Notes under the pieces: generated by a model
What the model was told of the DNA's origin: nothing
Database searches by the model: none
Seen by the model: the letters and a program-made list of their open reading frames with translations, nothing else
Position numbers and translations under genes: made by a program
Assembly (NCBI GenBank): GCA_964016885.1
Contig: OZ024753.1
Coordinates: 25,916,001 to 25,980,000 of the forward strand
DNA length: 64,000 bases
Direction: 5' to 3'
Source of the DNA: Eledone cirrhosa
Taxonomy: Eukaryota
Shown: positions 32,817 through 42,992 of the stretch, one piece after another
Layout of the letters: every line of letters starts with the position of its first letter
Numbering within the stretch: the stretch's first letter is position 1

Positions 32817-33095
32817 AGTGTTTGTGGTGTGTCTGTGTGTTAGTGTGTGTCAGTGTTCCTGTGTGTTAATGTTAGTGTGTGTGTGTAAGTGTGTAAGTGT
32901 GTGTGTATGTGTGTGTGTGTGAGTGTGTGTCTGTGTGTGTGTATGTATGTGTCTGTGTGTCTGTGTCTGAGGCTGTGAGTGTTTGTGTGTCAGTGTCTGT
33001 CTGAGTATGTTTGTGTGTGTGTGTGTGTTTGTGTGTTTGTGTGTGTGTGTACGCGCGAACACACGTACACACGTACACACACACACACACACACA
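32817..33095. repeat. Degenerate (GT)n tract abutting a (CA)n tract
   Basis: Directly visible, with the strand switch around gtacgcgcgaacacacgtac. Confidence 0.9.
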
Positions 33096-33260
33096 CCACT
33101 TCAAACCCCCCACCCCACCCCCGCCCTCCACCCTTTCACCAGTGGTTTCATTTTAATTTTTATTCCTTCTAAAAAAAAAAATGTCCCCACCCCCCCTTTT
33201 TAATGTCTTTCCACCACTCCCCCTCACACCCTCGGAACTCTTTTCCTGCCCACTTTTCTC

Positions 33261-33288
33261 CTGATGAAGGGCTTATGCCCGAAACGTC
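33261..33288 (+). ncRNA. Minimal hammerhead core in a solo PLE pseudo-LTR remnant (~33100-33385); stem I 3' strand not found
   Basis: CTGATGA-a-GGGC ttat GCCC-GAAA-CGTC, with palindromic ACGT stem III. Confidence 0.75.
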
Positions 33289-33610
33289 GTCCCCACACCC
33301 CACTCAAGCGTGACACTGATATTAACATTTTGTACTGCCTCCTCACTTCCACGTTGTTTTTTTTGTTTACTGTCTCAACTATAATATATATATATATAAA
33401 TGGAAAAAATGAAACGAAATGTCATTTCTCACTCTTAGTACGGTTGTTACTTAAATATAAGTTTGTATACGTACATACATATATGTATACAGACGTACAG
33501 TAGTATGTATATATATACATACATGCATACATATATATATGTACGTATGGATTTACCGAACATTTATTACAATGCTAGGTTAGAATCACTCACTTGACAC
33601 TGTATATGTA

Positions 33611-33721
33611 TAATAATTGTTTCTACTTTTGGCACAAGGCCAGCAATTATCCCAGTGCATTACTGGTACTTTATTTTATCGACCCCGTAAGGATGAAAGG
33701 CAATCTTTACCTCGGCGGGAT
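33611..33721 (-). mobile_element. 5'-truncated SINE family A
   Basis: Reverse complement of the 3' part of 60955-61138. Confidence 0.85.
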
Positions 33722-33752
33722 GTATATTAACGTTATATATGTGGTTTTTGTA

Positions 33753-33795
<43 letters not shown>

Positions 33796-33926
33796 GTGAG
33801 GTTCTTTTTACAAAATGAAAAATAACCGAGGTGTCCTACACGAGTGAAAGTATAAAGAAAAAGAGATGAAATCGAAAATGCAACTGAAGTCTTATTTTTT
33901 TTTTAAATATATATATTTATTTGGTT

Positions 33927-33964
33927 CCTTTACCGGTTTCGCAGTTCTTCTGCTTTTCAAAAGG
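33927..33964 (-). ncRNA. Minimal hammerhead, U3-A8 variant (3' pseudo-LTR copy)
   Basis: CCTT-TTGAAAA-GCAG aagaa CTGC-GAAA-CCGG-TA^AAGG. Confidence 0.8.
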
Positions 33965-34980
33965 TGAGTTGAGATGGAGGGTCTGTGGTTTTTCTCACAT
34001 CTGGTTGGTCTCTGAATGTTACTTGTTTTATATGGAAAAAGTGGCTCGAAATTCCAGGTTTTTCGAGAAGTAATTTGATTGGTTTGTCAATAATTATAAT
34101 AAATTTCGCGCCAGTTCGCGTTACAATATTTCTTCAAATAAGAGGGGAGGTGTCACAGGTTGTTTTTTCATATATGAGTGTTTGAATTTCTTTTTACTTG
34201 AAAAAAGGAGGCTCACGAAGGCTTTTTTGGGGTTGGTTATAAATGAAATTTGGCTGTCACGTGAACAAGTTTTTATTACATTTTTGCGCCCTTATTTGGA
34301 AAACTATTCTGTAGTCTTTATAGTGAATGTTATGACAATGGAGAGATAGTGGTCAAGAGAAAAGGGATTGGGAGAAATGTTCTGGTTCAGTGAATATGGC
34401 CAGCTCGCCGGGGTGTCAGAGTTCAGATTTTCTATTGAGACTGAAGATATGTATGTTTATTTGTGTGCTTGTGTGCGTGTATGTGTGTGTGTGTATCTGT
34501 GTATTGGAAGATGATTCTATTAGTAGAGATGGGGGAGGGAGTTGTGTGTGTGTGTATATGGGTGTTATGTGTGTGTGTGCGAGTATGTTAAGATGGAGAG
34601 AATATATATTTTGTGTGTGTGTATATATATATGTGTGTAGGAAAGTGGTTCTATTAGTAGAAATGGGGAGGGAGTTGTAGGTGTGGGGGTTGTTATGTGT
34701 GTGTATGGGTGTTATGTGTGTGGGAGTATGGTTAGCATGTTAAGATGAAGAGAATATATATATATATATTGTGTGTGTGTGTATGTGTGTGTGTAGGAAA
34801 GTGATTCCTTTAGTAGGAATATTTTTGAATGAACATATTTTCCTTACTTTTTCGTGTTTGCTGTTGTATTGCCAGTGCAAACGTATGTTAAGGTTTATTT
34901 AGTTCAGGTTTTTATTTTCTAAAGTAGAAGGTGTTATGTGTGTGTGTGTATGTCATATTGTGGTGTTGACATAATGTATA

Positions 34981-37249
34981 TTAAACCTTATTTAATGTTG
35001 GTCTATATTTTTGAATAAACATATTTTCCTTATTTATTCGCATTTGTTCTGTTGTATTGTTAGCGCAAAGGTAAAATGGGAAGACTTGGAATTTGGGTGT
35101 CTTATTACTTGCGCAAATGTCTAGATATGCACTTAGTGGTATCTGTCTCGTGGTTGGATCTCGTAATTGTTGGCGATGAACTGTCATTCTGTTTCTGAGT
35201 GTGAGTTTAGTTTGTCCTATATAATCTTCATTGCATCCTTTACATTTAATGGCATAAATTAGATTTTTTGATGAGCAAGTGAAGTGATTTTTTTACAGTA
35301 AAATTTTGTCCTGATTTAAATGTATACGTGTTGCCTTCAATGAGGTGAGTGCAGGTTCCACAATTAGAGCGACCACATTTTTTGATACTTGGTTGTGGGT
35401 TTGTGGTAGGTAATTTGGCATTGGTGAGTAATGTTTTCAGTGATTTTGGTTGTCTTTTGCTTTTGATTATTTTGTGTGTTTCAAGGGCTTTTTTCATTCT
35501 TGGGTTTTGTTTTAGTATGGGATGTTATTGTGAATAGTGTTGTAAGCTTCCGCATTTCTTGGGTTGTGTGTTGAGATATATGATAGAATATTGGACGTAC
35601 CTTGAATTTGTTTCTGTTTCCGTAATTCATCAATGCCTATTGCTTTAGCCCTTTCTATTCCATTATTTATTAGTAATAGTGGGTACTCTCTCTCAAGTAG
35701 AATTTCCTTTAATTCTTGAAGTCTTATTTCGCGTTTCATAATTGGAGACAATGGTGCAAATTCTTCTTGCTGGGTTAAAAGGAATGTTCGTCTTCGTGTG
35801 CTTTGGATGGTTGGAGGTGAATAGCAGATATTGTTTGGAATCTGTTGGTTTGTAGTGTATGTCAGTTTCGATATTTGTGTCTTTTTTTGTGATTAAGATG
35901 TCCAGAAATGGGAGTTGATCTTGGCTGTATTCTATTGTGAATTGGATGTGGTTATTGATGCCGTTTATTAAGTTTTTGAAATCCTTCAGTTGGTCGAGTG
36001 TGTAGGACCAAAGAATGAGGCAATCGTCCAAGTAGCGTTTCCAATTCTCTGATAAATATTTGTGGAAGTTCAATCCGTATTTTGATTTGGACTGTTCATA
36101 TATCTGGACTTCTAAGTAAGCCATGACTAAGTTAGCATAAGTTGGAGCGGCTTTTGTGCCCATCGCAGTCCCCGATATTTGCTTGTAAGTATTGCCATCG
36201 AAATCAAAAAAGTTGTTCTGTAGGATGAATTTTAATCCCTCGGTGATGAAGCTTTTTTCTATTCTGTCAGGTATCTCATTGGGATATTTCTCTAGCCAGA
36301 ATCCTATTGCTTCTAGTCCGTATTGGTGTGGGATCGTTGTGTAGAGATTCACTACATCGAAAGACACAATAATAGTGTCGTTGTTGACATGTTTGGGGAG
36401 GTGGTTTAAGAGGTCCAGATCGTCTCTTACAAGGCTTGGTATGTGTTTCAGTATTGGTTTCAGTAGTATGTCTATAAAGTTGCTCAATCTGTGTGTTTCA
36501 CATTGTGGGCCCGCTACAGTTGGTCTTAATTTAAGGTCTGTGGGGTATTGTGTGTTCACGCAGGCTGAGGTGGATTGTTTACAGGCATCGTTGATTATTT
36601 TACATTTGTGGATCTTCGGAAGTCCGTAAAGGTTGCTGGTTTTGTATTCAAAATTTGTTAAATAATCGCGTTCCTTTTTAGTTAGGTCTTCCTGGTATCG
36701 ATAAATCAGTGTGTTTAATTTGGTCATTATTTTTGATTGCTGGTAGTTTTTTACTCTTTCATAGTAATTAGCATTTTGTAAGAGAGAGAACATAGAATTT
36801 TTATATTTTTCAGCCTCCATAATGACAACAGTACTTCCCTTGTCCGCTTCCTTAATTACAATGTCCGGATTGTTTTTTAGTTCATGGATAATCTCCCATT
36901 CCCTTCGACTTGTGTTGGGTTTGGGTTTAGGTTGCGGTAGTTCATGGTATGGGAAGGTAGCTATGTGGTCACAAAATTTGTCCAGAACTCTGTTTCTACC
37001 TTTTGTTGGGTTGTAGCTGCTTTTATTCCGTACAATTGATTCGTCGTTATTCTCCTTGTCAAAGAATTCCTCTGTGAGACGTAATTTTCTACAGAAGTGT
37101 GAGATATCGTCATTTATCTCGTTGGGGTTAGGGTATTGTGGTGTTGGTGTGAATTTCAGACCTTTGGAGAGAATTTTTACTTGTTGGGCTGAGAGGTTTG
37201 TATTTGAAATATTAATTATTTTCGGTTTTTCAAAATCGGTTTGTGCCAC
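34981..37249 (-). pseudogene. Frameshifted PLE reverse transcriptase + C-terminal GIY-YIG endonuclease
   Basis: Motifs LSKGLKFTP, IKEADKGSTVVIM, YGLPKIHK, LRPTVAG, SFDVVNLYT, QISGTAMGTKAAPTYAN, RYLDD, LPFLD, YKPTD; a Zn-knuckle CGRSNCGTC linker; DYIGQT…RMTVHR. Split over 4 frames. Confidence 0.93.
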
Positions 37250-37449
37250 CGGGTGTCGTGAGTCCCGTAGCCTTGGTCTAAAAAATGATTTTTCTGGAAT
37301 GTTTTTTCATTGGTATTATTATATCTAATGGTATTTCCCCTGTTGTTGTGTGGTCTTGTATAGAAGTTTCGGACGTATTGAGGTTCGGTTTGTTGATAGT
37401 CCGGGTTGTAGATTTGGTTCCTTTGTGTGGGTTGGGATCTATGGTTTTG

Positions 37450-38090
37450 GAACAGGCTCTGTGTGGGCAGGGGTCTACGGTTTTGGAATAGGTTTTAGGG
37501 TTTTTTTGTAGAGTAGGGTTTTTTTGTAGAGTAGGCCTTCAGAGTGCTTTGAGATTTCTGTGTCCATCTGTTGGTCGAGTGACTTGAATTTTTCTTCGTT
37601 GGAGTTGGCTCTTAATCGCAACAGTTCTATTTCTGTTTTAAATTTTTCCAATGCCATCTTTTCCCTAAGTCTTTGTTGGTTTTCTGGTTCATTCGGGATG
37701 GGTTTTATTTGGAGTTTTTGGGGGAGGATGATTGGGGTAGAGTTTAGCCACTTTTCATATATGTCTGCCTTACCATTATTTTTTAAGAGATTCCAAAGGG
37801 CGAATTTGCGGGCTGTGAGCTTTTGAGTCTATATGTTGATTAGGGTGTTTTTCACTGAGTGGACATCTGGTGGATTGGGTTCTAACGGTTGTTCAAGCTT
37901 TTGGAGCATTGCTGTTTCAATGGTTTCGATTAACTTAGTTAATACTGGAGTAATATTCGTCTCTTGGGTATTTTCTGTTTCTTCGTGGGGTCCTTTTTTA
38001 TAGATGTGTATTTGGTCCACTTTGTTGGTCAAAATTGAGAGTTTAGAGGAAATCTCTTTGAGTTCATTTAAGATGTCCTGGTTCAGTGAG
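37450..38090 (-). pseudogene. Interrupted upstream helical coding region (N-terminal extension or extra ORF) of the PLE
   Basis: ORFs 37829-38113 and 37475-37657 are in frame across one stop: …HSVKNTLINI*TQKLTARKFALWNLL…PIILPQKLQIKPIPNEPENQQRLREKMALEKFKTEIELLRLR…. Confidence 0.6.
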
Positions 38091-38164
38091 TTTCCATATA
38101 AAACAAGTAACATTCAGAGACCAACCAGATGTGAGAAAAACCACAGACCCTCCATCTCAACTCA

Positions 38165-38202
38165 CCTTTTGAAAAGCAGAAGAACTGCGAAACCGGTAAA
38201 GG
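38165..38202 (+). ncRNA. Minimal hammerhead, U3-A8 variant (inverted 5' pseudo-LTR copy)
   Basis: Same sequence as 33927-33964 on the opposite strand. Confidence 0.8.
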
Positions 38203-38271
38203 AACCAAATAAATATATATATTTTTTTTAAAAATAAGACTTCAGTTGCATTTTCGATTTCATCTCTTTTT

Positions 38272-38332
<61 letters not shown>

Positions 38333-38340
38333 TATATACA

Positions 38341-39995
38341 CAAAAGGAACTTCGAAACAGATTTACCAGTCAGATTAATTGCACCATCTAAATCTGACCT
38401 GGGCAGACTTAGCAAAAATATTCTAGACAGAATAATACCACAAATTAAGAATTTATCTTATTTAAAATTATGGAAAGGAACTAGTGAAGTTATCGATTGG
38501 TTTAAAGAAATTAAATATAATTATAATAATAAGTTTATTCAGTTTGATATTGCTAACTATTACTCATCTATCACTCCTTATTTACTGAATAAAGCACTAA
38601 CTTACGCATTTAAACATACAGACTTAACTAGCAATGAAATGCACATTATATTATCGGCACGGAAAACGTTAATAGAATTTAATAACCAACTCTGGACTAG
38701 AGCAGATAGAAATAATAACTTCGATATAACTATGGGATCATCCGATTCCGCCCAGGTAACGGATCTTGTGGGCCTCTTTATAAATAATTCTCTACATAGG
38801 AAAATACCTGAGATAACCGGAGGTTTATATCGTGACGATATGCTTTTACTTATAGAAAATAATAACTGTGAACTAAATAGAAATAGAAAACAAATTATAC
38901 AATTTTTTAATTACCTTAATCTAAAAGTTGAAATAGAGAATAACCATAAAATAGTTAACTTTCTAGATGTAACACTAAATCTTAACACATGTCTTCATTA
39001 TCCATTTCACAAACTAATGAGAACTTAAACTATGTCAATTTTAACTCTAATCGCCCCAGATCCGTTAAAAATACTATAGTGAACTCTGTACAGGAACGAA
39101 TTTCGAGAATTTCAGCTAATAAGAATATATTTGATGAAAAAGCGCATTATTACAACGAAGCATTAGATAGAGCTGGGTATAGAAATAAAATTAAATACAT
39201 TGATAATAATAATAGTATAACAACTAACCATAATCGTAACAATTTTAACTATTGTAACAATTTTAACAACTATAATAGAAAACCTTACATTAATTCCGAA
39301 AGCGGAAAAAGGAATAGAACTAGGAACATATTATGGTTCGCTCCTCCTTTCTCATTAAATATTAAAACCCCTATTGCTAAACTATTTTTTAAAGCTCTTG
39401 ACAAATGCTTCCCTAAAACACATAGGTATTACTCAATTTTTAATAGACATACTATAAAATTAACTTATTCTTCCATCAAAAATTTAGCGCAAAATATTAA
39501 TAGAATTAATAATAGAAATTTAAAACCTAACCAAAATACCAATAATAACCCAAGCAATATCCAATTTGATAAATGTAACTGTAGAAATAAATCTAACTGT
39601 CCGTTAATAACAATTGCTTAGCTAAAAATATAGTATATAATTGTAATGTAAAAACTAATTTAAATTCATTTAACTATGTGTGATCCACTTCCACAGAGTT
39701 TAAATCCCGCTTCAATAATCATAAAAATTCTTTTACAGATCCAAACAAAAAATCTTCAACTTCTCTATCTAGCCTATTATGGGACCTCAAACTAAAGAAC
39801 GTTGAATATTCGTTGATTTGGAATATTATTTCAAAAGCTACTCCTTTTAACTCCTCTTCAGAAAATTGTGATCTTTGTATACAGGAAATATTCTTTATAT
39901 TAAAGACCAAAAATTCCCTGAATTTAAGGAATAATTTATTCAGTTGCTGTAGACATAGATTAAACTCAACGTTTAAATATAAATTTAAAATATAA
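38341..39995 (+). pseudogene. Frameshifted PLE RT + GIY-YIG endonuclease
   Basis: RLIAPSKSDLG, FIQFDIANYYSSI, FDITMGSSDSAQVTDLVGL, GLYRDD, VNFLDV, ILWFAPPFS, IFNRHTIKLTYS, CNCRNKSNCPL, CDLCIQE, CCRH. Confidence 0.92.
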
Positions 39996-41517
39996 TATAT
40001 AAATAATTAATTAATTCTATTAATATATTGATCCTGTCGATAAATCATTAGATTCCTTCATCTTTTTTTGACTGATTATACACTCAAGTAAAAATAACTT
40101 TTGACTGATTATACACTCAAGTAAAAATAACTTTCCTTCCTAAATATAAATAAATATAATAAACTATTCTAGAGAGATATACTGAGGGCTCTTGAAAGGA
40201 GAAAATATTTCTTATATTTTTTATTGTTTGATAGTTTCTCCTATTTTCGAAAGTTTATCCTTTCAAAGTTTCTGTTTATTTCTCTTATGAATATAAAATT
40301 AAGGTAAATATACGTAGAACATTTCTATACTAAATCTATTAAACATACTATTATTTTGAAATTATAACTTGAAATATTCTATAATATTTTAAAGTTATAT
40401 TATTTTGAAAGTTATATTGCTTATAATTATATTTCCAAATCGTAATATAATTCTTTTGTATTTTATGTACTTCAATTATACTTCTCTCTCTATATGTGTG
40501 TATGTATATATATGTGTGTATTTACATACATGTACATATGTTTTATGCGTGTATGTCTATCTGTATGTATATATATATATACGGGATGCGTATCTACCTA
40601 TTTGTGTGGGTACATATATGTATGTATATGTGGGAATTGTGTATGCACATGTGCGTGTATATCCATACAATTCGATTGCACTTATGTATAGTGATTATCC
40701 CAAGATTCCTGACAAATAGACATATAATAACAGCCATAAATACATAACAGGTAATCTTATAAAACTTATATAAAAAATTTGTTTAATAACATAAAGTATG
40801 TATAACATAAAATTTCCTTTAATATCTTAACAATTGTAATATTGATATAACTATATAACAGAATTTTCCTTCTCTGATTTTATAAGATTCATATATCTTA
40901 AATTAAAGAATCCTTTATATTTTGTATGTATATATTATATACGTAGTTAGATATGTATATATATTTTTATAAATGTGTATATATATTTATATGTATGTAT
41001 TTTTGCGTATGTATACGTGTTATATAATATTTAGATCTTTAACAATATAATAATATATAGATTTCTTAATATATAGATCCCAGTTTTTAATATATTGATC
41101 TCAATATTTAACTGATTAACTAAACATCTAATCATATTTAAACAATGGTTAAATTTCTCATATTATATATGTATATTCCATTCATGATTATTGACGTTTC
41201 TAATTTTATTTATTCATTTCATCTCAATTGTTAAGTTAACTCAACAAGATATGACTTAGAGTTTTTCGTTCTCTCTCCTTTTCTCTGTCTCCTCTCTCTC
41301 TCTCTCTATCTTTCTCTCTCTGTTGTTCTGCTCTTTCTCGCTCTTTCATTCTCTATCTTTCTCTGTCTCCGTAACCTAACGGCTTATTTTAAAAATATCC
41401 AATACTAACTTACCTAAAATGTAAAGCTACAACTCCACTATCCGGGAGCTTCCAACAGTAATGGTTGCATTCTTTAAGGGTATGTCAATATTTATTTATA
41501 AAACTGTTCTATATTAT

Positions 41518-41580
41518 ATTTTATCTGATGAAAGCACACCATAATTTAACTTGGTGTCCTTGAAATATGTATAATGAAAT
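41518..41580 (+). ncRNA. Type-I hammerhead ribozyme motif
   Basis: ATTTTAT-CTGATGA-AAGcACACCA taatttaact TGGTGTcCTT-GAAA-TATGTA-TA^ATGAAAT. Confidence 0.85.
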
Positions 41581-41620
41581 AAATATGGTTTTATAAATAT
41601 AGTTTCCATTTATTAATATC

Positions 41621-41684
<64 letters not shown>

Positions 41685-41728
41685 AAGTTAAATAAAAGTC
41701 AAATGATTAAAATTTAGCTTCGTTTATT

Positions 41729-41783
41729 ACTGCTATATATATTTCAGTGACAGCCATCTTTGGCTGTGACCTCTTCAGGCAGT
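41729..41783 (-). ncRNA. Type-I hammerhead ribozyme motif
   Basis: Minus strand reads ACTGC-CTGAAGA-GGtcACAGCCA aaga TGGCTGTcaCT-GAAA-TATATA-TA^GCAGT. Confidence 0.88.
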
Positions 41784-42992
41784 TTGAATTAGTATGGTAT
41801 AGACAAGTACATATGTTGTTTAGGTGTATGATATTGTTAATACTCTGATATGCCCAGTTCCTTGTTGGGTTGTTAATTCACTGGGGAACTGGAGTCATAT
41901 GAATTCAAACAAACGAATTTCAGTGTCACAGGTCCCCTTCTCCTCTCATTGGTCAGTTATTAGAACATTCCTCATTCTAAGTGTTGTTATTGTTGGAGTT
42001 AGCTTAAAAATTGATAAAATGGTAGAAGGGACAAGGTGTTAAAGGATCAAAATAACAAAATAACAAAAAAAGTATCAAACTTCCCATTGTTCAGTTCTGA
42101 GAGCATTCCTCAGTCAGAAGTCTATAGGATTCTTTCTGGGGTGAGGCTCCCTGTAGTGTTTTTGCCTGCTATTGTTCAGTACATTTGACCTCCACCATTA
42201 TTTTGGTACTGTTGTTGTTGTAGTGGTCAGCTCATATCTTGCTGCTGCTAACAATTTAGAAGTATCCAGTTTGTGTTTTTTCTTCATCCCTCCCGCCACC
42301 ATCGTAGTGGTGGTGGTGGGGGCGGGGGTTCTTTCATGTATATGAAGAAATATATGGCAATAAATGAAGAAAACAGAAAATAAATAAATAATATAATAAA
42401 GTAATTAATATAATTTGTGTAATTTGAAAATAAATAAATAAATAGAGAATAAAGAATAAAGAGTAAATGAGAGATTGGTGAAAAAGTAATGAAAAAGTAT
42501 ATGGAGAGGTGAGAAATAATGTAGGATAAAGTGTGTGTGTGTGTGTGTGCTATAACCAATCTCAAGGTCAGAATATGTTGGATAGATTGGTATGAGACAA
42601 GATGTTAAGATGAGATATTCAATGTGTTTGTGTTATAATCTATCTCAACTTAAAATAAATATAAGGTGATACAGTGAAGAGGGCAGAAAACAAAAAAACA
42701 AATTAATAAAGAGAAATCAAGATTTAAGATTGGAACTTGAAAGTCAGAAATCTGGTAAATTAAAAGTGTTTGTGTTATAGATGTTGGCCAAATTATTATG
42801 GCTGTGTCCGATTCTATCTCTAGGCTATCATGGTGTCTGCTCTGCCTGGGTTGTTCCCTGTGGCTTGAGGGGAGTTCACAACCTAGGGTGTTGTTATTGC
42901 CCGTATAGCTTGAGGGAGGTCTGGCCGAGAGGTGTTTTCATGTTCTGTAGAAGTTCCTATAGCTTGAGGGGAGTTCACATCTTCTTGTGTTG

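Larger units (their letters stand above)
33790..38278 (-). mobile_element. Penelope-like element, probably Neptune clade, with inverted 5' pseudo-LTR
   Basis: RT and GIY-YIG on the minus strand. 33851-34038 is the inverted copy of 38091-38278. (TA)n flanks both ends. Confidence 0.92.
38341..41622 (+). mobile_element. 5'-truncated AT-rich Penelope-like element (possibly Hydra clade)
   Basis: RT/EN remnants at 38341-39995, a ~1.6-kb 3' region ending in a hammerhead, and (TA)n on both sides. Confidence 0.9.

Noticed and set aside
33851-38278. DNA transposon with 188-bp TIRs
   Set aside because: The interior encodes PLE RT and GIY-YIG rather than a transposase. The repeats are hammerhead-containing pseudo-LTRs, and the 3' copy extends beyond the repeat.
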